A program made the translations under genes and the position numbers. The notes beneath the pieces are model-generated. The model saw nothing but the letters and a program-made list of their open reading frames with translations, did not search any database and had not been told where the DNA came from. A stretch of 64,000 nucleotides of DNA, from positions 1-64,000 of the IMG/VR virus record IMGVR_UViG_2832142748_000002; one strand, written 5' to 3'. Of the stretch, positions 9,694 through 17,821 are shown piece by piece. The first letter of the stretch is position 1; every line of letters begins with the position of its first letter. The stretch is from a virus. Taxonomy: Duplodnaviria; Caudoviricetes.

Positions 9694-10193
9694 CCGGGCC
9701 GCACGGTGCCTGGACTGGAGAACCAGCCAGGGTACGCGCGCGTAGAGCAACTGCCGCGCCAGTTCAGGGTTTAAGCGCGGAGGGGGCGCTTCTCGTCAGC
9801 GCCAGTTCGAGTCCTCGACGACAGCGCACCGCCCCCGGCACGCGAGGGCTGAGCCTCGACGTGGGGAGCGCGAGCGACGGAGGTGCCATGCATGGACGCA
9901 CCGTCCGAGCCTGTGGATCCTGTGCGTGGGGAGCGAAGCGGCGCTGCGTGCGATGACGTCCCATGGCGACCCCAAAACAGGCCCCGCTGGTGCCTAGAGA
10001 ACACCAGCGGGAACCCGCGGACACACCTGCAGCACCATCACGTGGTTACAGGGCCCTATCACCGGCCAGACCATCACGACCAACCGGTGAATTCTGTGGT
10101 GAAGCTTTGGGATGCCCGCCGTCTCTAGGTCAGCGGGTGCTGCGGTACTGCTTCAGTAATCGTTACTGCTGGTGCGACTGAAAAGCAAGTCGA

Positions 10194-11165
10194 CTACTTC
10201 GAGATCGAGCGCGAAGCGCCGTCTTCCGGCTCCGCCTTCACCGGCGCGTAACACCCGCCCTTGTACTCGTAGAGGTCATCAGGACACGGCGGAGCGTCCT
10301 CAACATCCGCCTTCACCCAGCAACCGCCGTTGATCTCCTTCTGACTTCCGCGGCAGGGCGGCCTGCGCTGCACCTTGAAGGGCCGGGACGGCATGTCGCG
10401 AGCGATGAAGGGAGACACCTCGCTGACGAGGAGCACAGGCGCCTCGATCTCTTCGACCGCAGTCTGCCCAACGCCATTGGCCAGGACGGTGGACTCAGGC
10501 GTCTGGAGCTCCGCGACAACCGTGCTGGGAGGCTCATTGGATGGCGCGTGCTGGCGCTGCGGCCAAATGAGGTTGCCAAGAAACGCCGCAACGAGCAGTC
10601 CGAGCGCAGCGTCCTTCCAGTGCTGGACGACGAACGCCCTGCCCCTGTTCGCATGACGTCGCGCCAAGCCACGCCAGCGCTGTGCCCGGGTGAGCGGCGG
10701 TGACAACAGGTGCTCACGCAGCTCCGGCGCCCCCATGGCGCGGTCCAGAAGCTTCGGAAGATCCTCGCTCACAGCTACCAACTCCTCGTGCACCTTGGCG
10801 GTAGCCGCCGCGTGCGGCAGTCGCACCTGGAGCGCGCGGAACGCGGGGGAGTCGGAGGACGTCCAGGTGACCTCGAGGGACGCGCTGGGAAACTGCTCCA
10901 GCACTTCCTCCGGCGTTGTCTGGAGGAGCTGCGACTCCTCAACCTCCGGCCTGACGACGATGGCTGGCAGTCCCGTTTGGACGTGGCGCGCCAGGAAGAC
11001 GTCACCCTGCTCCGTCCGGCGCTCAATGCACCGGCTCAGGTGGTACTGCCCCACACGGCCGGTCTGCCGGCCCTCGTTGGCGCGCGGCTCTCCCGGACTC
11101 GCACCACCACCTCCGCGCGCCCGCTGAGACGCACCACCGCCCCGGCTATTCACACCGCTGCCCAT
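10194..11165 (-). CDS. Pseudokinase-like membrane protein with a myxobacterial Cys-rich ectodomain
   Basis: N-lobe-like YHLSRC..GDVFLARHVQTG with no HRD/DFG, one TM helix, and C-terminal MPSRPF..QRRPPC...EINGGCW...PPC...YEYKGGCY. Confidence 0.6.
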   Translation of the reverse strand: MGSGVNSRGGGASQRARGGGGASPGEPRANEGRQTGRVGQYHLSRCIERRTEQGDVFLARHVQTGLPAIVVRPEVEESQLLQTTPEEVLEQFPSASLEVTWTSSDSPAFRALQVRLPHAAATAKVHEELVAVSEDLPKLLDRAMGAPELREHLLSPPLTRAQRWRGLARRHANRGRAFVVQHWKDAALGLLVAAFLGNLIWPQRQHAPSNEPPSTVVAELQTPESTVLANGVGQTAVEEIEAPVLLVSEVSPFIARDMPSRPFKVQRRPPCRGSQKEINGGCWVKADVEDAPPCPDDLYEYKGGCYAPVKAEPEDGASRSISK

Positions 11166-11238
11166 CGCGCACTCTCGCTCGCCTGCCTGGAGGGGACTCC
11201 AGCGACCTGACTCTACGGCGTTTCCCTGACTCTCCGGG

Positions 11239-11532
11239 CTACTTCTTCGGCGACCGTCCGCGGCGCGGGGCTTCATGAGGCTCCGGCGTCGTCGAAGCCA
11301 GCGCGTCACTCTGCTCCGCCTTCTTCTCGCGGTAGTCGGCGATGGCCCAGCGGAGGAAGTGCTCGCACACGTCGCTGATCGTCCGCTTCTTCTCGGTTCC
11401 GCTCTCGACCTCAGCGATCTCCCTCAGCTCCTCCCACATCGACTCAGGGAGATAGACCGTGGAGCCCTTCTTCTTCTCTTCAGGCGGGGGAAACAGCGGC
11501 ATGGGGCGCTCACTTTCGACGGCTCTCTGCAC
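11239..11532 (-). CDS. Ribbon-helix-helix regulator (candidate repressor); alternative start at 11502
   Basis: GSTVYLPESMWEELREIA...TISDVCEHFLRWAI RHH pattern; divergent from the early operon. Confidence 0.75.
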   Translation of the reverse strand: MQRAVESERPMPLFPPPEEKKKGSTVYLPESMWEELREIAEVESGTEKKRTISDVCEHFLRWAIADYREKKAEQSDALASTTPEPHEAPRRGRSPKK

Positions 11533-11604
11533 TGCTGGCCTCCTTTCGTATGCGTCGGTCGCAGTTCGGTCAACGACGCAAAGATGTAGTCGCCAAGAAC
11601 TCCA

Positions 11605-11647
11605 ACGTCAAACTTGCACTAAACTAAATTTAGTTTAGATTGACGTT
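11605..11647. promoter_or_regulatory. Divergent-promoter operator region
   Basis: Perfect 20-bp palindrome CTAAACTAAATTTAGTTTAG (11619-11638), flanked by an AACGTCAA/TTGACGTT inverted pair. Confidence 0.7.
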
Positions 11648-11828
11648 CATTGAGGCGGACGGACGGGGCTCCACACGGGAGAGGGCGGATGGGCGGGCGC
11701 GAGTCGGGTGGCCGACGAGGACGCCAGCAGGAGCAGCACGGACACCAGCGAGTCAGGGCAGGCGAAGCGCGCGAAGGCGAAGCAGCTGTGCAACTCGGGG
11801 CACGCGGTGCCCCAGAAGGAGGAGTGCC

Positions 11829-11999
11829 GTGGCTGAGAAGAAGACGAAGGCGCCGCGCGAGGTGCTGCGCGCCTACTTCGATGAGCACGAGGTGGAGCCG
11901 GAGGTTCTGCGCGCGTGGCAGGAGCTGGACACCACCATTGGAGGCGTGGCGCTCCGCATGGAGGATGACGTCGCTCGGCTGAAGGGCGGCGCGAAGTAA
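11829..11999 (+). CDS. Phage early hypothetical protein
   Basis: GTG start with GGAG RBS; stop overlaps the next ATG (TAATG). Confidence 0.6.
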   Translation: MAEKKTKAPREVLRAYFDEHEVEPEVLRAWQELDTTIGGVALRMEDDVARLKGGAK

Positions 12000-12352
12000 T
12001 GCCCCTGCACGAGCTGGCCGAGGCGCTCACCGTCCTCGCTCGTGAGGGCTGGACGCCGCCGGACCGCGACGCGGCGAGCCTCGCGCAACAGGTGCGCGAG
12101 CTGGAGGCGCAGCAGGCCCAGACGCAGGAGGCGCTGCAGGCCGTCGAGTACCTCCAGGAGGCGTGCGAGCCCGACGGCACCGACGCCACGCGCGAGCGGT
12201 GGCTGCGCCTCCAGCGCCGCGTCACCAGTTCGCGACTCCAGTTGGCCCGCCTCAACGAGGCGGAGGTGTATCTGCGCGCGGAGTTGGAGCGCCAGGTGTG
12301 GCTCGCGCAGCACCTTCGCGCGCGGGCCGAGTCGCAGCGGGCCGCCGCGTAG
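11999..12352 (+). CDS. Phage early coiled-coil hypothetical protein
   Basis: Coupled to the upstream gene; good codon bias. Confidence 0.65.
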   Translation: MPLHELAEALTVLAREGWTPPDRDAASLAQQVRELEAQQAQTQEALQAVEYLQEACEPDGTDATRERWLRLQRRVTSSRLQLARLNEAEVYLRAELERQVWLAQHLRARAESQRAAA

Positions 12353-12402
12353 CACGTCAGACCTCATTGGCAAGACGAAGGCATTCAACCTGAGAGGTTG
12401 CA

Positions 12403-12612
12403 TTGCCGAATGGACGCCGCTCCCCCTGCCCCGCCTACGCCGAGCACCCGGACAGAAGCTGGGTGCTGTGCGAGCGCGAGTATGGACACGAGGGACGGCA
12501 CCGGTGTCGGGACATGGAGTGGGACTGCCTCACCCCGGAGGACGAGGTGCAGGCCGAGTTGCGAGAACTGCTGCGCCAGGCCGAGCAGGCCGCAGGCGAG
12601 CACTACGAGTAG
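12403..12612 (+). CDS. Phage hypothetical protein with C/H motif (C..C...GH.G.H)
   Basis: Sits in the early operon immediately upstream of the ERF gene. Confidence 0.55.
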   Translation: MPNGRRSPCPAYAEHPDRSWVLCEREYGHEGRHRCRDMEWDCLTPEDEVQAELRELLRQAEQAAGEHYE

Positions 12613-12624
12613 GAGCGGACGGCA

Positions 12625-13422
12625 ATGACGGGCACCAACACAACCACGGGCACCGCGGAGAAACCGCCGGAGCGCAGCTTGGTGCGCAAGCTGGCCGAGG
12701 TCATGGGCGAGGTGGAGCGCGTCCCGAAGTCAGGGCGCAACGACTTCCACCGCTACGACTACGCGACCGAGGCAGACATCGTCTCGGCCGTTCGGAAGGC
12801 CATGGCGGACCGCGCCCTCATGCTGATTCCCTCCGTGGTGAAGACGGAGTGGCGCGAGGTGGAGCGCAACAAGGGCGGCAAGGACCGAATCGCAACGCTG
12901 ACCGTGCGCTTCACACTGACCGACGGCGACAGCGGCGAAGAGCGGTCGTTCGAGGTGCTCGGCGAGGGGCAGGACCAGGGCGACAAGGCCACGTACAAGG
13001 CGCTCACCGGAGCGGTGAAGTACGCCTTGCTCAAGCTCTTCCTGATTCCCACTGGCGATGACCCGGAGGATGACGGGCAAGGCCAAAGCCAGCAGTCCCA
13101 GCGCGGAAGCCAGCAGCGCCCTCGTCAAGCAATGGACGACGGACCGCCCCCTCAGCGCACGGGTGCCCCGGCTCCTCGCACTACTCCTCGGAGTGGAGGT
13201 GCCGACGACGTCGCCGCCGCCATCGTCTCTGAAGCCGAGCAGGTGACCAAGGAGGAGTTCCCCGCGCTCTACGGGCGTGCACAAGGCCTCCCCAAGGGGA
13301 GCAAGGCTCGGGAGGTGGCGGGCGAAGCCGTGAAGGCCTCCGCAAAGCGCCTGGGCTTCTCTGCCAAGCAGGTTGCCGCCATGCAGAAGCCGGTGGGACG
13401 CGAGCCCGGCGCGGAGGGCTGA
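12625..13422 (+). CDS. erf: ERF-family ssDNA annealing recombinase
   Basis: KLAEVMGEVERVPKSGRNDFHRYDYATEADIV...GEGQDQGDKATYKALTGAVKYALLKLFLIPTGDDPE. Confidence 0.9.
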   Translation: MTGTNTTTGTAEKPPERSLVRKLAEVMGEVERVPKSGRNDFHRYDYATEADIVSAVRKAMADRALMLIPSVVKTEWREVERNKGGKDRIATLTVRFTLTDGDSGEERSFEVLGEGQDQGDKATYKALTGAVKYALLKLFLIPTGDDPEDDGQGQSQQSQRGSQQRPRQAMDDGPPPQRTGAPAPRTTPRSGGADDVAAAIVSEAEQVTKEEFPALYGRAQGLPKGSKAREVAGEAVKASAKRLGFSAKQVAAMQKPVGREPGAEG

Positions 13423-13424
13423 CC

Positions 13425-13670
13425 GTGCGCCGCTGCCGCCCGCGCAAGCCGTCCTCCGAAGTCGTTCGGCACCGGTCCAACCGGGCCGAGTACTTCGCGG
13501 GCCTGCGCGCACTGCGCGGCGAACAGCAGGAACTGCCAGCGCCGCGCCAACTCGACGTACGCGTGGACTGCTGCGCGAAAGCAACCATCCAGGACTGCGC
13601 GTGTGGTGGCTCGCGCGTCTGCCCGGACCATGGCGGCCCGGTGTGCTTCGGGAAGTTCAGCCACGACTGA
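13425..13670 (+). CDS. Small Cys-rich phage hypothetical protein
   Basis: Starts 2 nt after erf; DCC...CAC...CPDH...C. Confidence 0.5.
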   Translation: MRRCRPRKPSSEVVRHRSNRAEYFAGLRALRGEQQELPAPRQLDVRVDCCAKATIQDCACGGSRVCPDHGGPVCFGKFSHD

Positions 13671-13727
13671 TTGCGCAGCACCGCGCGTTCCGACAGCCGC
13701 ATCACGCGGCCCGGGCCGATCTCCTAG

Positions 13728-13829
13728 CGCGCGGGGTTGCAACCCGGTGGCATTGGGCCACCGGGCCTTGTCGGTGGAGCGGCCAGCACAACACCTGGCT
13801 GGACGGAGCGTTCCACCTCACCCCGCGCG
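13728..13829 (+). ncRNA. Candidate structured RNA (three-way junction)
   Basis: 10-bp closing stem, a 9-bp hairpin and a 9+5-bp hairpin, all nested in an intergenic gap; strand assumed from operon direction. Confidence 0.35.
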
Positions 13830-13949
13830 GCATAGGGCCTCGCGGGGCCTCTCACGGCGCTGGCGTTGAGCGCTGCCCGGCGAGGGCGGTCCCCACTCCC
13901 GTCCTCGCCGGGTCCTTCTCTCGCAGTGCCACCACAAGAGGCCGTCCTC

Positions 13950-14330
13950 ATGAACGAAGTCGTCGCAGCGATCATCCTTGGCGTGTTCCCCACAGCCCCG
14001 CAGAAGCGAAAGCTTGAGAAGTTGCGCGGTCCGGACGGTGAGTTCGTGGGCTTCCCACTCAAGGACGTCCCCTCCTTCATTGATGGCTCCACGACCGGAA
14101 GCGGTGTGCCCGCCGCCCTCGGCATCCCCGTGGCCATCGCGAACAGGTTCAAGGAGGCCCCCGGCGCCGTGGACCTTCCCGTCTGTCGCGTCGAGGACTT
14201 GTCCAAGGTGCTGAAGAAGCCGCTGGCCTTGGCGACGAAGCGGTGGAAGCAACTCGCGAAGTGGGCTTCCGCGAATGGCGTGGAACTCGGAGAGCCATCG
14301 CTGATCCTCGGACACATCAACAGAGGCTGA
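13950..14330 (+). CDS. Phage hypothetical protein
   Basis: ATG 13950 with GAGG RBS; coding-like composition. Confidence 0.55.
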   Translation: MNEVVAAIILGVFPTAPQKRKLEKLRGPDGEFVGFPLKDVPSFIDGSTTGSGVPAALGIPVAIANRFKEAPGAVDLPVCRVEDLSKVLKKPLALATKRWKQLAKWASANGVELGEPSLILGHINRG

Positions 14331-14486
14331 GCCCCACGAGCAACACCGCGCCACCACCTAGCGCGCGCAACACCAGCAGCACCTGCCGATGACGGGGCGA
14401 GGGCCCCCGCTGGACGTCCCAGCGCTCCCGGTTCGAGTCCGGCGTCGGCAACTCCGTCCAGCCGCAACACCAATCCCCGGAGTCGT

Positions 14487-15620
14487 ATGTCTTTCTCCCC
14501 GCGTCTTATCGCGCTGGCACTCGTGTGCCTCGTCGCGTGCAGTTCCAGCGAGTACAGCACCCGTGGTGAGTCCGAAGCGAAGCCCCGCGCGGACACGGCT
14601 GGCGTCATCCTCTTCGGCCTCCCGTCCTTTCCCAAAAACATGCAGAGCTACTGCCGCAACAGTTCGGACACGGCGATGACCAACTACGAGGCCAAGCGGG
14701 GGGCCATCCCCGACGACCTCGTCAAGTGCACCTCCGTCCATCTCCAGGCGGATTGCCTACGCGCAGCCCTCGCAAAGCACAGCTCCAACTGGAGCGGCGC
14801 CGACGAGGCCTGGGAGGCACGCTTCCCGGCTGCTGACTGGGACAACCTTCCCAACACCGCCTACGCGGATGCCGAGGATGCATTGGACAATGCGGAGGAC
14901 ACGCATCCGGCGTGCAAGGGCAAAGGGGTGGCGTTGAGGGCCGGAGCCATCGTCGGACACATCCTCGCCGGAGCCGGCACCGCAGACGGCAAGCCCTTGG
15001 ACTGGACCGCACACAAGAGCCCCGCCCGGGCGGCCACGTTCGACTTCGAGTCGTTCATCCCCGCCCGGGCTGCTGACTTCGGCGCCCCTCGCGAGGCGCA
15101 GGAGGTCTGGACAGCTTGGCGCAACGAAGCCATCACCGAGGCCCGCTCGGCGGCCGCCAACGCATACCTCGCACAGAAGGAGGGGCGGCTCGACGTGGAC
15201 GGCGCGAAGTGCTTCGTGTGGACCCGCTTCTCCCGTGCCTCCGGTGGGAGCATGAGCCTGATTGATGCCCGAGCCATCGCGCTGGGGGAGAAGATCCGGA
15301 AGGTCCCCATCAACGCGCCGGCCTGGGTGAAGGCCACGTCGAACAAGATCCAGGATGAGGCCGAGGAGAAGTGCGACGACTCGGACAACATCGGCGTCAA
15401 ATACATGAACCGCATCGAGAGTGACGCGCGGCTGGCGGCACTTCGCTCCGAGGCGGACGCAGCCATGATGGGAATGCTGAGGTTCGTCAACAACGCGAAG
15501 ATATTCGTGGAGGCTGCCGCGACTGGTGGACTGAGCCCCGCGAACCTCCCTCTACCGTTCCTCGGCGGGGACCTCGTCGAGAAGTACCGCCCCCACAAGG
15601 GCTACGACGGCCCGCTGTAG
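14487..15620 (+). CDS. Cys-rich lipoprotein of unknown function
   Basis: Lipobox CLVA-C with GGAG RBS; 377 aa; multiple Cys. Confidence 0.7.
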   Translation: MSFSPRLIALALVCLVACSSSEYSTRGESEAKPRADTAGVILFGLPSFPKNMQSYCRNSSDTAMTNYEAKRGAIPDDLVKCTSVHLQADCLRAALAKHSSNWSGADEAWEARFPAADWDNLPNTAYADAEDALDNAEDTHPACKGKGVALRAGAIVGHILAGAGTADGKPLDWTAHKSPARAATFDFESFIPARAADFGAPREAQEVWTAWRNEAITEARSAAANAYLAQKEGRLDVDGAKCFVWTRFSRASGGSMSLIDARAIALGEKIRKVPINAPAWVKATSNKIQDEAEEKCDDSDNIGVKYMNRIESDARLAALRSEADAAMMGMLRFVNNAKIFVEAAATGGLSPANLPLPFLGGDLVEKYRPHKGYDGPL

Positions 15621-15767
15621 GCACTGATGTGGCTGGCCAGCGAGAGCGAGGCCGCCGCGACTCCGAAGCACTTCAAGTACCGAGCGGGCGGCACAGCGCG
15701 GGCCGCCCGCCCGCTTCCCGCGCGCCGTCACGACGGCGGCGCGATCACCCCCAACAACGAGACGAAA

Positions 15768-16178
15768 GTGGCGACGAAGACGGAGACGAAGAGCAGTGGT
15801 GGCCTGCTGGAGCTGGCAGAGAGGCTGGAGGAGGTCGCGCAGCTGCTGCGTGACACTGTGGCGAAGCTGGGTGGCGTGGTGACGTCCGCGCCCGCGGCGA
15901 AGGCGCCCCTGGCGAGCGCGGCCAAGCCGTCGAAGCCCGGCACGGCGAAGGCGGCGCAGGAGGACGGCACGCGCGTGTGCGCCATCAAGGGCTGCGGCAA
16001 GCCCAGCCGGACGAAGGGCTACTGCGCGGCGCACTACCAGAAGCTGCGCAACCTGGAGAAGACGAAGCGGCGTCCGGCGGACTGGGTGGACGACGCGAAG
16101 CCGAACACGGTGGAGGACGTCCTCCTGCCGCGCGGCCGCGCCGCCTCGAAGGCGCTGGCGGAGGCGAGCGCCCAATGA
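15768..16178 (+). CDS. VegA-like (myxobacterial histone-like vegetative protein) homologue
   Basis: C-terminal CAIKGCGKPSRTKGYCAAHYQKLR.LEKT.RRP.DW...LPRGRAASKALA matches the M. xanthus VegA C-terminal domain as I recall it; Ala/Lys-rich linker. Confidence 0.7.
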   Translation: MATKTETKSSGGLLELAERLEEVAQLLRDTVAKLGGVVTSAPAAKAPLASAAKPSKPGTAKAAQEDGTRVCAIKGCGKPSRTKGYCAAHYQKLRNLEKTKRRPADWVDDAKPNTVEDVLLPRGRAASKALAEASAQ

Positions 16179-17703
16179 AGCCAGCGGACGTCAGCGGCCT
16201 GCCGAAGGAGCTGGAGGAAGTCCGTCGCATCGCACTGGGCGAAGTGCCCGCCGATGAGGCGCAGGTCCGGGCCGCGCTGGCTCAGGCATGGGCCTGGCTC
16301 GCGCCGCTGACGTCCGCACTATTGCCGGCTGAACCGTCGCCCGGCGCGGCGAAGCACACGACCGAGGATGTGGAACGGTGGTTCCGGGCAGTGGTCGCGC
16401 GGACAAAGGGTTCCACCGAAACGGTGATGGCCCGGATGCTCCGGGACGCCGCGCTGGAGGGCGCTAAGGTGCCGGGGCTGGTGGCGGACAACGCCGTCCT
16501 CCTGAAGCTCGCCCTGGATGACGTCCCCGCGTGCGATTGGCAAAGCGGGCGGGGCACGTGTGACGAGACGGGGCGCCAGCCGCGGTGCCAATTCTGCCTG
16601 CGCCGGGATGAGCTGATGAACAGCCCCGGCGCATCCATGCTCGCAGAGCACGAGACGAAGGTGTCCGCCCTCCAGGCCCAGGTGGCGCATCTCACGGCCG
16701 AACTGGACAACCTGAAGGACTGCGAGCAAGGGGCGAATGCCGTTGCAGTTGAGGCGATGGCTGCGCAGCGCAAGGCCGAGTCCGAGCAGGACGAAGAACG
16801 CAAGGCGGTGGAGGCGATGACGAAGGCCATCGACAAGCACCTCCCCGGCATCTGCCCGGCGCAGTCCCCGGACGAGGGCATCCACCTGCTGGCCGAGCAG
16901 CGCGACGCCGCCCAGGCCCGCGTGGCGGAGCTGGAGCGCGAGTTGCGCATTCGCAACGATGACCACGCTTTCGAGCAGGACATGCGCATCAAGACCGAGT
17001 CCGAGCGCGACGCCCTCCGCGCAGGTGGAGGCGGTGCGCGACAGGGCGACTGAGGTGGCGGCGGCGCGGCAGGATCTGGCGGAGTGGGATCAGCAGACCG
17101 TGCTCTCATTCGAAGGGCTCCAGAAGGAAGGGCTCTCTGCATTCACCGAACTCTCGGCGGCGTTGGGGGAGGTTGTTCCTCGCCATCCCCGCCCCGCCCG
17201 CCGAGACGCGAGCCGACGAGGCGTCATGCGCGGGTGACGTCCCACCGTGCGAGGACTCCATGTGCGGCGACCCGGTGTGCACGAAGCACCGCGGCGCAAC
17301 GCCCGCCCCGAACTCTCCGGCTCTTCCGGAGGGTTCGACTCCGCCCGCCGAACCTGAAAGCGGGGCTTACACGTTGGCGGCGCGACGCTGGCTGGCGGCC
17401 GTTGAGCGCGCGGCCTCGAATGAGGCCGTCGCGAGTCGCTACCTAGTCAACGCCAATGGCGCATCCGTCCACCCCGGGGCGCTGCGCGAGGCCGTCCGCT
17501 GGGTGCTCCGCGGAGACGAGCCGGTTTGCGGCGAGCCCTCCACCGTGCAGGGCAGCGGCAAACCCGCCTCAAACCCCATGCTGTCCGCGCTCGACGTGCG
17601 CACCGCGGCGCCGCCGGGTCTGCGAGTGCGCGCCTTCGTTAACACCGTCATCGCAACAAGGGCCGGGCTCTCCTCTTCCTGTCCCGGCTCCTCACTCGCT
17701 TGA
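16175..17703 (+). pseudogene. Coiled-coil phage protein apparently broken by two frameshifts (about 17020 and 17180)
   Basis: ERDALRA continues as QVEAVRDRATEVAAARQ in another frame, then a third frame carries DVPPCEDSMCGDPVC. Confidence 0.5.
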
Positions 17704-17821
17704 GAGAGCGTTGCGGCACTTCAGTGAACCTCTGACCTCTCTGCATCCCGAGCCGCTTGAGGTGCGCCTCTCGTCTCGGGTCCTGGGTTCTGCCAAAATG
17801 CCCACGGGGGGCAGCATTCGC

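Noticed and set aside
9687-10181. Short overlapping ORFs between xis and the pseudokinase
   Set aside because: No RBS, motif or codon-bias support; probably regulatory or decayed DNA.
9675-12400. Lambda boxB-like antitermination hairpins
   Set aside because: Both copies have the same orientation although they serve opposite transcripts, and no boxA or N-like gene was recognised.
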